Shown one piece after another: positions 51,067 through 62,105 of a DNA stretch of 64,000 bases (its first letter is position 1; every line of letters begins with the position of its first letter). Under the pieces are notes generated by a model. It was not told the DNA's origin, did not search any database, and was given only the letters and a program-made list of their open reading frames with translations. Source of the DNA: an uncultured delta proteobacterium. Lineage in GTDB: Bacteria > Bdellovibrionota > FAC87 > UBA2466. Location: assembly GCA_963778115.1 (NCBI GenBank), contig CAVZSV010000004.1:704001-768000 (forward strand), written 5' to 3'. Both the position numbers and the translations under genes were made by a program.

Positions 51067-53254
51067 ATGGTGGGGGACTGGACTCACGGACTAAATGAAG
51101 AGCAAAAGGTTGCCGTGTTGCACAATCACGGGCCACTATTGATATTAGCCGGTGCCGGAAGCGGAAAGACTACCGTTCTGGTGTCTCGAGCCGGCAGATT
51201 ACTCGACGATCAGGTCGTTACCGCTAATGAATTGTGCGTTCTTACTTTCACCAATAAAGCGGCAAGAGAGTTAAAGGCCCGAGTCACGGCTAAGATTGGT
51301 TCCCGTGCCTCTAAAATTTGGGCAGGAACCTTTCACTCCTTCGGGCTTCAGCTGTTAAGAAGATTTTATCGTAAAGCAAACCTAAGCGAAGGTTTTGGAA
51401 TTTTGGATGCTAGTGATTCTGGCATGATCGTAAAAGAGATCCTGCGCGAGTTTCATTACGGAGGAAAGAGTGCCTACGATCCGGAGAAGCTTCTTTCAAT
51501 GATTAGCACCTGGCGAGAGGTAGGACGCGTCACGGCCGCTAATGATGATGAATACGAAGCTGCGGTCGAGTGGCTACTTCCCAAATACCTTAAACGTCTT
51601 GAGATGCTGGGGATGGTCGATTTTGATTCGCTGATTCTAAAGCCCGTAGAATTACTGCGCACAGATTCTGAGATAGCAAGCGCAGTGAGGCAGCAATATA
51701 CCCAGATCATGGTGGATGAATTCCAAGACACCAACCAGATGCAAATGAATCTGGTACGACAATTGGCCGAGCCCCACCGCAATCTCACGGTAGTGGGTGA
51801 CGACGATCAGTCCATCTATGCCTGGCGTGGGGCCTGTATCAGTAACATTCTTGATTTCCCGAAACTGTATTCAGGTTGCAAAGTGATTCGCCTCGAACGA
51901 AATTATCGTTCGACACCCGCCATTTTGAAACTCGCTAATAACGTCATCGCCAAAAACACCGAACGCCATCCCAAAGTTCTAAGATCAAGTGAATCGGCTG
52001 AGGAAGGACAGTTACCGGAGTTGATGGTCTTTGACACGGAAGATGATGAAGCCGAAAATATCTGTTCTGAAGCCGAAGAATTTATTCGACAAGGTTTCCC
52101 CAGAAAATCGATTGCCGTCCTTTACCGTTCGAACAGTCAGGGAGCTTTAATAGAAGCAGAACTTCGTCGACGACAGGTTCCCTATACGATAAGTGGGGGA
52201 ACCGCCTTTTTCGAATCGCAAAGAGACCCGTGATGTTTTGGCGTATTTGAGATGTGCACTAAAACCAAATGAAGTGGCTTTTCGTAGAATCCTCAATACC
52301 CCTCCGCGCGGGATAGGGGACAAGAGTGTAGAGCTGTTGACCACTTACTCCAGAGACAGAAACATTAAATTTCCGGAGGCCTCCAAACAATGGTACCAGG
52401 CTCAAGTGGAAGAACGGGCGGGAGCGGCCATCGAAGTACTGTGGGAAGAATTAAAAAATCTAATTCCAAATCTTCTCGACCCCGCGAGCCTCCCCGGGGC
52501 CAAGTTACTTCAGTACTTGGATAACATTGGTTACAAGAAGCACTTGGAAAAATATTCGGGTAATGCCCAAGTAGCAACGAAACGATGGCGCTATCTAGAA
52601 GTCTTTTCCGGGATCCTGGATCGATTTGTGGAGCGAGGCGGAAAAACTTCAGAAAGTATTCGAGAGTTCTTGGACGCCATGGAGTTAAGAGACTTGCTGA
52701 GCGGCAAGGAGGAAGATGAAGATCGAGTCCAGCTGCTTACCTTCCACGCTTGCAAGGGGCTTGAGTTCCCAGTGGTGCTCATGATTGGAATTGAAGAGGA
52801 TATTATTCCCCATAAGATATTGGGAACTAATCTCTCGGAGGAGAGGCGGCTCTTCTATGTGGGAATCACCCGTGCCAAGGAAAGACTTATCCTTAGCCGA
52901 GCGGAGAAGAGGCGCCGTCACGGCAAAGTCGTCCCTTCGCCGCCTTCGCGTTTTCTCATTGAGATAGCTCCGCACCTAGTCAAAGCTCACCAAGGGCCTC
53001 GGCCGTTGAACGAAGATCGCCGTAAATCGATGATTGCCGACCTATTTAAAAAGTTAGATACCCTGGGAAGTACGCCTGCCACTTCAGGCCTCACTTCTCT
53101 CCCCACCCTAGCTCAAAAAATGGATCGTAATCCTGGGGGTTCAGCCGAGACTGTTCCAGAAAAGTCACCGTCCGAGCCCGCGCCTCCTGCGAGGTGGGAT
53201 CCGGCACAGACGTTGCTATCGGAACCAAACCCTCTACCGTCCGAAGATAGTTAA
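51067..53254 (+). CDS. uvrD: UvrD/Rep/PcrA superfamily I DNA helicase, split by a +1 frameshift at ~52214
   Basis: AGAGSGKT, TFTNKAAREL, DEFQDTN, VGDDDQSIY, NYRS; second half KGLEFP, EERRLFYVGITRA; removing one A restores FFDRKE. Confidence 0.9.
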
Positions 53255-54224
53255 GGCGACCCACGACCAAAGCATAAACGCGCTCTAAGTCTTTCGCATT
53301 TTGTTGAGGGCGTACTGAGCGGAGTTCTGCTGTTTCGGCGAACGTGTAAAAATTGATGGCGGCGTCCTTTCGTTTGGAGCTGACTCCTTTTTCCAAAGCG
53401 TCGTTAGTGATTCGATCGTAAATTTGGTCTTGAATCCAGGCACCACCAGGATCTCTGCCTCGTGCGTAGAGTTCGTCATACTCGGCGATAATTTTTCGAA
53501 ACTCAGCGTCGTATTCGGGTCCTAGATCAATGGGTAGCGGAGCTTGTCCGCTTTTTCGAGAGCGAAGAAACGGGTAATGGATCTGGGGATTATTAAAATA
53601 GAGATCCACCAGAAAGTTTCGCAGCAGCCTTCCGTCCCAACCAAAGGCCGCTTTCTTATCGAAGTGAACATGGCCGCCCCCCGTGTCTTCGTAGGGGGTG
53701 TGGCCAAGACGAGCCATCTGGTCAAAGATAAATTGAATCTTGCCTCTCTGACGTGGGAATTCAGAATAGGGCAACGGCGTTCCCGTGACCTCGATCACTT
53801 TTCGTCTCTTTCCGTCCGGCTTAAATATCAATTGAATGGGGGGCGATCCATTTTCACCTAGAAACGTCACCGTAAAGGCACGATCTCTTGTGAAATCGCC
53901 GTACGGGAGATCCCCACCTCCCTGCTCGCCCACTCGAAAGCCATTATCGGGCGTTAGCCGCGCCAATTCACGATGTATGCGATCTAAGTCCGGATTAACC
54001 AACTCGCCTGCTCTAAAAGTGAGTTCCATACCCAGCTTTGGATTGAGATCTCCAGGCAAGGGGCTCCACAGAGGTTTCTCATAGGGCGTTTGCCAAACCG
54101 GAAGGGGAACTGCAGCCTGTGCGGAAAAGCAGTCCGCAGATACTATGTTATCCGCCAAAGTCTGATGCGGCAGCCACAACGATGCAAAGAGGATAAACGA
54201 GAATTGCCTCAAAAAAGCCAACAT
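53091..54224 (-). CDS. Secreted amidoligase-like (COOH-NH2 ligase fold) protein
   Basis: Signal peptide TLA-D; KLGMELTF, VIEVTG, GGGHVHF, TAELRS. Confidence 0.6.
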   Translation of the reverse strand: MLAFLRQFSFILFASLWLPHQTLADNIVSADCFSAQAAVPLPVWQTPYEKPLWSPLPGDLNPKLGMELTFRAGELVNPDLDRIHRELARLTPDNGFRVGEQGGGDLPYGDFTRDRAFTVTFLGENGSPPIQLIFKPDGKRRKVIEVTGTPLPYSEFPRQRGKIQFIFDQMARLGHTPYEDTGGGHVHFDKKAAFGWDGRLLRNFLVDLYFNNPQIHYPFLRSRKSGQAPLPIDLGPEYDAEFRKIIAEYDELYARGRDPGGAWIQDQIYDRITNDALEKGVSSKRKDAAINFYTFAETAELRSVRPQQNAKDLERVYALVVGRLNYLRTVEGLVPIATSVPDPTSQEARARTVTFLEQSRLNPQDYDPFFELGWGEK

Positions 54225-54403
54225 GATTGTTTGTATCTATTTGAAATAATAAAGAAACTGTTATTGAACCTCGGGGCTCCTCCCTATTTTAACTGATCCA
54301 CCGATCTCTAACGTGGACTTTATGAGATTTAGCCATCGACGTCGCCTTTGTAAGCGACACTTATCAATTGTCATTCGCCAGAGGCGCGTCTAGTCTTCGC
54401 GCC

Positions 54404-54943
54404 ATGAAACGACTTTCGCGCAAGAAGTGTCCGGTCAATCCACTAAGCGATGAAATCGGGGAGTTCATCGCCTATTGGGGGTTTAAGCGAGTGCATGGGC
54501 GGATCTGGACCCACTTGGTTGTCGCAGACAGACCGTTGGACGCAGGATCTTTAATGAAGAAGTTGGGAATCTCCAAAGCTTTGGTAAGCATGTCCGTAGG
54601 CGAACTGCTCCATTATCGGGTGATTCAGGAAGCCGGAAAAAGCGAGCGAGGCACTCAGCTCTATCGGGCAAACCCCAATTTTTGGGATGTCATCTTACAG
54701 GTGCTAAAAATTAGGGAGCGGGTAATGCTGCGAAGAATCAAAGGAGCTCACCGCTTGGTCGGCCGTCTCTCAAGTTCGCAACTTCGTGAACATGAACTCA
54801 GTACCGCCAATATTGAAGTCCTGGGAGATCTCATAGGTTCCGCCGGACAGGCGTTAGAACTCTTCTTACAAAAAATGCGTTTTGATCTCTCGCTGGCTCG
54901 TTCGCTTACGATTAAATCGGTCAAAGCAGCGGGGCAGCGTTAG
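54404..54943 (+). CDS. GbsR/MarR family transcriptional regulator
   Basis: YWGFKRVHGRIW, LGISKALVSMSVGELL. Confidence 0.85.
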   Translation: MKRLSRKKCPVNPLSDEIGEFIAYWGFKRVHGRIWTHLVVADRPLDAGSLMKKLGISKALVSMSVGELLHYRVIQEAGKSERGTQLYRANPNFWDVILQVLKIRERVMLRRIKGAHRLVGRLSSSQLREHELSTANIEVLGDLIGSAGQALELFLQKMRFDLSLARSLTIKSVKAAGQR

Positions 54944-54955
54944 CTTACGGTTTTG

Positions 54956-55852
54956 CTACTTGGGAAATTCACCGTGATCGTAGAAATAGGTAAGTAGCGC
55001 ATCTTTTTCTTCATAGCGTTTGATAAGCCAACGAGCCAACCCTTCATCATCAGCGGGAAGTTCTTGAACCGCGAATCGGCGGACATAAACATGATAGGAG
55101 TTGGGCCACGCGGCCATCCATTGCCACAAGGAAGGGATGCCATCGGGATAGGCTATAGTAACATCATAGACCGCACTTATCGTGGGGGCCAAAGCGCGAG
55201 CCGCTGCGATAAAACCCTTCGTGCGAGGGATCAGCACGGCGTTGGGAAGTTTCAATCCCGCTTTCACAGCATAAGCCCTGCTCTGCTCGAACTTTTCTAA
55301 GGTCAAACGAGTTCCCTCGGGAAAGAAACAGAGCCAGACCGGAATTTTTTCCCGAATAAACTTACCGAATGTCTTTTCGATGTGGATTCGATCTTGCTCC
55401 CAATGCCTCTTCAGAAAGAGTGTGTCCAAAAACGTCAACCCCCACCCCAGGCCCGGAATGTAGCGCAAAGTATCTTTGGCAAACCACTTCATCCTGTTTA
55501 AGCAGCCGGCTTCAAGTCCCACCGAGAGAAGTGCCACGGTATCAGGCATGGATTCGTGATTAGCAATGACAAGTGCGTTCTCCTGACGAGGGGAATCATC
55601 CCCTGCCCTAACCCGCTTAATACCGTTCAGCCGTTCGCTCGCCCTAACACACCCCCCCCACCACCGGGCTGCCATCCCGCAGTTGATGCTTCGAAATAGT
55701 GTCCGCGAAAAGGGATAAACTAAAAGGCTTATGATCTGAAGGCAGTTACAAAAGACAAGACTAAGGAATAGGAGCAGGCCACAAAAAAACGCCCGGATGT
55801 TTCCAGTGATTCGGGCGAGACCGCTGGGGGGTTTCAAAAAACTTTGACGCAT
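54956..55852 (-). CDS. Lysophospholipid acyltransferase (LPLAT/PlsC-like)
   Basis: ANHESMPD, FAKDTL, FPEGTR, PRTKGF, VYDVTIAY. Confidence 0.9.
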   Translation of the reverse strand: MRQSFLKPPSGLARITGNIRAFFCGLLLFLSLVFCNCLQIISLLVYPFSRTLFRSINCGMAARWWGGCVRASERLNGIKRVRAGDDSPRQENALVIANHESMPDTVALLSVGLEAGCLNRMKWFAKDTLRYIPGLGWGLTFLDTLFLKRHWEQDRIHIEKTFGKFIREKIPVWLCFFPEGTRLTLEKFEQSRAYAVKAGLKLPNAVLIPRTKGFIAAARALAPTISAVYDVTIAYPDGIPSLWQWMAAWPNSYHVYVRRFAVQELPADDEGLARWLIKRYEEKDALLTYFYDHGEFPK

Positions 55853-55928
55853 AGAGAAACCAACCTCCCTACGCTACCTCAAACCCTCTTACTTTATGAG
55901 TACAATTTCACAGGCGCGCCATATTTGA

Positions 55929-57206
55929 GTGGCTTTGCCTACCTACTCTCGGACTGTGGGGCCGTTCTCAGTCCGATCAGTTTCAAAGCTATACCGGTGG
56001 GTAGTATTCGTTCTCTCGTTTGTCGCATCGAGTTGCTTTTCGGAATCGGGCTGCCCCACCCCTGCACAACTTCTAACGAAATGGGATTTGTGGTCTCACG
56101 GGACTTGTTTGAGGGGCGCTAATATCTGGCAAAAGGTAATCGACCCCACCGTTGATGGGACCACCCTAGGACCCGGCCCTGTCGGCCCTGCGCTTGAAGA
56201 TTCCGACTTTGCCACTCTGGCCTCCTGGGGTGCCAACTATGTCAACTTCTCGGTACCCGGCACCTACACCGAAACACCCCCTTATGTTCCCAACACCGAT
56301 GTGGTGGCGAGGCTCGATTCGCTCATTGCCGCTGCCACCAAAGCCAACCTCTTTGTCGTACTAAGTTTTCGCACCGGCCCTGGGCGAAATGAAGGGACAT
56401 TCAACGCTTCGACAAATACTAAGGTAAATAATCAAGTGTGGCGGAGTCGTAAGATCCAACAGGCATGGGCCGAGATGTGGAAATACACCGCCCAACGTTA
56501 CCGTTCGTATGCCAATGTGGTGGGTTACGATCTGATGGTCGAGCCCAATAGTAATGACGTTCTTCTTAAAATATATGACTCGCGAAAATTTTATCCTACC
56601 TATGCTAACTCGACATACGACTGGAATCCGCTGGCCCAAAGAATTACTCAAGCAATCCGCGCGGTCGATCCCAACACACCGGTATTGGTGGGAGCAATGA
56701 ACTATAGCGATCTGGATTGGCTATGGGCCTTAAAGCCCACCGGAGATTCCGAAACAATCTATACGGTCCATCCTTACCTCCCTACAAGTTACACGAACCA
56801 GTACCCCCCACTCACCGTGGCTTACCCCGGAAACATTCTCGATGATTCGGGAAATCCCGCGGTGTTTGATGAATCGTGGCTTCAATCCACTCTGCAGCCC
56901 TTCGTCGACTATCGACAAACCCAAAACGTCACCGTCGCCGTGAACGAATTCGGAGTCATGCGCTGGGAGACCGGAGCCGACGGATATCTGACGGACATGT
57001 TTTCTCTTTTTGAGAGTATGGGGATTAACCACGCCTATTGGCTTTGGGACACCGAGTATCCTATCCCCTTTGATGAATTCAATTTGCGCCACGGTCCGGA
57101 CTACAACAACCATGCCGATGTGACGACGAGTGCGGTGATCCAGGCGGTGAAAAGGGAGTGGAAATTGAACAGCGTGAGACCTAACGATGTGGTACTTATG
57201 CGATGA
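55929..57206 (+). CDS. Secreted glycoside hydrolase family 5 (cellulase family); true start may be downstream
   Basis: LRGAN, GYDLMVEP acid/base Glu, YTVHPY, VNEFG nucleophile Glu, AYW. Confidence 0.85.
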   Translation: MALPTYSRTVGPFSVRSVSKLYRWVVFVLSFVASSCFSESGCPTPAQLLTKWDLWSHGTCLRGANIWQKVIDPTVDGTTLGPGPVGPALEDSDFATLASWGANYVNFSVPGTYTETPPYVPNTDVVARLDSLIAAATKANLFVVLSFRTGPGRNEGTFNASTNTKVNNQVWRSRKIQQAWAEMWKYTAQRYRSYANVVGYDLMVEPNSNDVLLKIYDSRKFYPTYANSTYDWNPLAQRITQAIRAVDPNTPVLVGAMNYSDLDWLWALKPTGDSETIYTVHPYLPTSYTNQYPPLTVAYPGNILDDSGNPAVFDESWLQSTLQPFVDYRQTQNVTVAVNEFGVMRWETGADGYLTDMFSLFESMGINHAYWLWDTEYPIPFDEFNLRHGPDYNNHADVTTSAVIQAVKREWKLNSVRPNDVVLMR

Positions 57207-57257
57207 GATTGCGGAGCCTGTTGCGAGATCATCCTCGAGCGTCGTAACGGCCCTCTG

Positions 57258-58283
57258 CTAAGCCAGCGCTTGAATCAATTCCAATTGTTCCTGTAAGTCA
57301 CTCACCTGCTCGCCCCAGTATCTTGCAGTTCCAAATTGGGTGAAGGTGCGGGTGAAAGCAGGATCGTTCCAGCGCTTGGCGATCCAAGCACTAAAGTGGA
57401 TAAAGCGTAACGCTCGTAACGGTTCTACCAGACGCAAGGAATCCCAATCAAACTCTCGCATCTGTTCGTAGCCCTTGACCATCTGGTTCATCTGTCGAAC
57501 GCTCTGTTCGTCACGACCCGGTACCAGAAGCCACAAGTCTTGAACGCACGGGCCCCGAACCATGTCATCGAAGTCGACGAAAAAGGCACCTTCACCGCCC
57601 CAGAGAAGATTTCCCGGATGGCAATCGCCGTGAATCCGTTGCATCTTGGTCTTGGCAAACCACGGTTCGATAATGCGGCAAATGTCTTCTACCAGTTGCT
57701 TATAACGATCGCGGATGTCACTAGGCAGCGAGCCCGACTGAAGTAAGTAGTTCAAATTTTCCTGCCCATAAGAGGCGGGGTTCAAAGAGATCCGATGAGG
57801 AGCTTCTTTCGTGGCACCGACATTATGCATCCGAGCAAGTAAGCGGCCGATTTGCTCTAACTGTTCGGGATTTAATTCGTCGGGAGATCTTCCTCCCACT
57901 TTAGGAAAGACGGTGTACCAGATTCCAATCCCAGGCACTTGATGAAGCGTTGTTCCGTCGCTAAAGGGCAACGGCGCCACGGCCGGAATTTCTGCCTCCT
58001 TAAGATCTTTTAGAAACTGATGCTCTTCTAGAATTTGAGTTTCCGTCCATCGTCCTGGGCGATAAAACTTTACGATACGAAAACGCTCACTGGGAGATTT
58101 AAGAACCTGACCTTCGTCAATCTCTAGCTCCACTTCATACACGCGATTTTCCATGCTGTTTAGCGTAAGACAGCGGCCAGTGCAGCGGAATCCGGAAGCC
58201 TCAACAGCATCCAAAATGCGTTCTGGTGTGAGTTCGAAGAAAAACTTCGTCTCGGCACTTCCCCAAGCGAACGAAGACATCAA
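57258..58283 (-). CDS. srkA: Stress response kinase SrkA/RdoA (YihE)
   Basis: LNSMENRVY, KFYRPGRW, RIHGDCHPGN, DFDD, QDLW, WNDPAF. Confidence 0.93.
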   Translation of the reverse strand: MMSSFAWGSAETKFFFELTPERILDAVEASGFRCTGRCLTLNSMENRVYEVELEIDEGQVLKSPSERFRIVKFYRPGRWTETQILEEHQFLKDLKEAEIPAVAPLPFSDGTTLHQVPGIGIWYTVFPKVGGRSPDELNPEQLEQIGRLLARMHNVGATKEAPHRISLNPASYGQENLNYLLQSGSLPSDIRDRYKQLVEDICRIIEPWFAKTKMQRIHGDCHPGNLLWGGEGAFFVDFDDMVRGPCVQDLWLLVPGRDEQSVRQMNQMVKGYEQMREFDWDSLRLVEPLRALRFIHFSAWIAKRWNDPAFTRTFTQFGTARYWGEQVSDLQEQLELIQALA

Positions 58284-58284
58284 A

Positions 58285-59142
58285 TCACCTCAAATCCGAC
58301 TTTAGGCTGGCTGAGTGGTATTCCAAATGCTCTTCGATAAAGCTAGCGATGAAATAATAACTGTGGTCATATCCCGGCCTACGACGAACCTCCAGGGGAT
58401 AACTCAATTCTCGGCAGGTGGCTTCAAAGCGATCGAGCCCCAATTGAGGTTTAAGAAATTTGTCATCTTCACCCTGATCGATACGAATCGCAATGGGACT
58501 GCGGACGGTGCGAACCAATTCATTGGCGTCATACTGTGCCCATTTCTTTCGATCTTCCCCCAAATACTGAGAGAAGGCCTTCTCACCCCACGGGCAGTGA
58601 GAAGGAGCACAGATCGGAGCAAATGCCGATACCGAACGATAAAGGCCGGGATGGCGAAGGGCCAAAACTATCGCTCCATGCCCTCCCATCGAGTGGCCAA
58701 AGATCGATTGTCTGTCCTTGAACACCGGAAAATTATTTTCCACGATCTGTCGTAACTCACGCGTCACATAAGTCTCCATGCGGTAGTTGCGCGCCCACTT
58801 GCCTTCAGTGGCATCGACATAGAATCCGGCTCCCACTCCTAAATCCCATTCTTTGTCCTCGCCCTCAACTGCGGCCCCTCTTGGACTTGTATCGGGAGCA
58901 ACCAGCAAACATCCCAGTCGAGAAGCCACCCGCTGAGCCCCGGCTTTGGTGATAAAATTCTCTTCGGTGCAGGTAAGGCCCGATAGCCAATACAAGACCG
59001 GTACCGGACCGTGCTCCGCCTGCGGCGGCCGATAGATCGCAAACTTCATCACCGTTTGTGTAGAAGAAGAAGGATGAGAATAAAGTTCCGTCCAGCCTTC
59101 AAAACTCTTAGAACGACTAACCTGCGTAAGTTCTGACATCAT
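58285..59142 (-). CDS. fghA: S-formylglutathione hydrolase
   Basis: WLSGLTC, PDTSPRG, GHSMGGHGA, GYDHSYYFI. Confidence 0.96.
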   Translation of the reverse strand: MMSELTQVSRSKSFEGWTELYSHPSSSTQTVMKFAIYRPPQAEHGPVPVLYWLSGLTCTEENFITKAGAQRVASRLGCLLVAPDTSPRGAAVEGEDKEWDLGVGAGFYVDATEGKWARNYRMETYVTRELRQIVENNFPVFKDRQSIFGHSMGGHGAIVLALRHPGLYRSVSAFAPICAPSHCPWGEKAFSQYLGEDRKKWAQYDANELVRTVRSPIAIRIDQGEDDKFLKPQLGLDRFEATCRELSYPLEVRRRPGYDHSYYFIASFIEEHLEYHSASLKSDLR

Positions 59143-59143
59143 A

Positions 59144-60268
<1,125 letters not shown>

Positions 60269-60436
60269 CTAAGGAAAATACCCTACCACCGGGCTCACCG
60301 GCATTCAATATCGGCGATAGTAGGCGGTGATGACGAGAGAAAGTGTTGGGCGTCATCTGTTCCCGCACCCTCATGACGACCAAAGGGCGCTCCTTTTATA
60401 ATCGAAAGCAGCCAGACAATTGCCAAAGGCCCAAAT

Positions 60437-61894
60437 CTAATGGTGACTCCTCACGACCATTAACTTTATTTCCGTCATATCCTGCATCGCGAAACGGATC
60501 CCCTCGCGTCCAAATCCGCTGTCCTTCACTCCACCATACGGCATGTGATCCACGCGAAATGACGGGACATCGCCGATAATGACCCCTCCGACTTCCAATT
60601 CATTCCAAGCTTGTTCGGCGCGGTAGAGGTCTCTGGTGAACACGCCGGCCTGAAGGCCAAACCGGGAACGGTTAACCTCGGCAAGAGCTTCGTCAAAACT
60701 CTTGAAAGATTGAAGAATGGCCAGCGGTCCAAAGGCCTCTTCGCAGGAGAGTTTCTCGGAGTCAGGCACGTTCTCAAGAAGCGTGGGCGGTACTACCGCT
60801 CCCACTCTATTTCCCCCGACTAAGCACTTGGCCCCTGCGGCCTGGGCACTTTTAATCCATTTTTCCACCCGAACGGCCTCCGCTTCACAGATTAGCGGTC
60901 CGACAACGGTCTCTTCCAGACGAGGATCCCCGCTCTTTAGCTGCTTCACCGCGAGAACAAAGCGGGTGCGAAACGCATCGTAAATGGATTCATGGATTAA
61001 GATTCGCTGAACGCTAATACAGCTCTGTCCCGAATTAGAGAAAGTACCGATGATAAGTCGCTGAACGGCATCTTCTAAGTCTTTCCATGTCTCGTCCACG
61101 ACACAAGCCGCGTTTCCGCCCAACTCCAAGACGACCCGCTTCTTGCCCGCGCGGTTCTTAAGGTCCCACCCCACCGCGGGGGATCCGGTGAAACTTAAAA
61201 GCTGAAGTCTCGCGTCGGTCGTGAAACGCTCCGCTCCATCACGAGCACAGGGAAGAACAGAAAAGGTACCCTCAGGAAGAGAGGTCTCCGCCAAAATCTC
61301 GGCCAAAAGAATGGCGCTTACGGGAGTAAAGCTTGCGGGTTTGAGTATGAAGGGGCATCCGACGGCAATTGCCGGGGCAATCTTGTGGGCGCTTAGATTC
61401 AAAGGAAAGTTAAAGGGCGCGATAAAAGAACAGGGGCCAATGGGAAAGCGCTTCCATTGCCCCGTATACCCACTCGCCCGAGAGGATATGTCCATCGGTA
61501 AAACCTCGCCGACCATTCGAGTCGCCTCTTGCGAAGCGATACGAAACGTATCGATAAGCCGAGTGACTTCGCCCTTGCTATCCCTGAGAGGTTTTCCCGC
61601 TTCCCCGCAGAGAACTTCGGTGAATTCGGCGGCTCGGCTTTCGATCTGGTTCGCGCAGTGGCGTAAGATCTCAGCCCTTTCATAGGATGAAAGTCTCGCT
61701 AGCGGACGCACCGCTTCCTGGGCTTTGGCAATCGCGGTGTCGATGGCTGTATCATCCGCCAAGGCAACGCGCGTTAGTTTCTGTCCGCTAAATTTATCGG
61801 TGACGACGAGATCCTGATTGGGGGCCACCGCGCGATTGGCCAAGTAGAAGGGATAACTCTCTTTCCATTTAAAGCCGGAAGAAGGGGCGGTCAT
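60437..61894 (-). CDS. Aldehyde dehydrogenase family protein
   Basis: PFNFPLN, FTGS, LELGGNA, GQSCIS, EAFGP, GGVKDSGFGREG. Confidence 0.95.
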   Translation of the reverse strand: MTAPSSGFKWKESYPFYLANRAVAPNQDLVVTDKFSGQKLTRVALADDTAIDTAIAKAQEAVRPLARLSSYERAEILRHCANQIESRAAEFTEVLCGEAGKPLRDSKGEVTRLIDTFRIASQEATRMVGEVLPMDISSRASGYTGQWKRFPIGPCSFIAPFNFPLNLSAHKIAPAIAVGCPFILKPASFTPVSAILLAEILAETSLPEGTFSVLPCARDGAERFTTDARLQLLSFTGSPAVGWDLKNRAGKKRVVLELGGNAACVVDETWKDLEDAVQRLIIGTFSNSGQSCISVQRILIHESIYDAFRTRFVLAVKQLKSGDPRLEETVVGPLICEAEAVRVEKWIKSAQAAGAKCLVGGNRVGAVVPPTLLENVPDSEKLSCEEAFGPLAILQSFKSFDEALAEVNRSRFGLQAGVFTRDLYRAEQAWNELEVGGVIIGDVPSFRVDHMPYGGVKDSGFGREGIRFAMQDMTEIKLMVVRSHH

Positions 61895-62105
61895 GGTGCC
61901 TCCGCAATTAAAAGGTGTTCATACCACTCTAAACATAGCGGCGAAAGTTGTTAGGTTTGTTTTACACACAGGGCCATTTAACGTCTGATAACGCCCATTA
62001 AGCCAGCTCTTCTAGAGTGCGTCCAGCGGTGGTAGAATTTTGAGCACAATGGGTTTCTGCCGCGATAGCGGCAATTCCACACTTTAAGAAAGTCGCTACA
62101 AAAGG

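Noticed and set aside
60277..60300. FrmR/CsoR-like operator upstream of frmA
   Set aside because: Only one ATAC half-site with a broken C tract; no matching GTAT arm and no regulator gene
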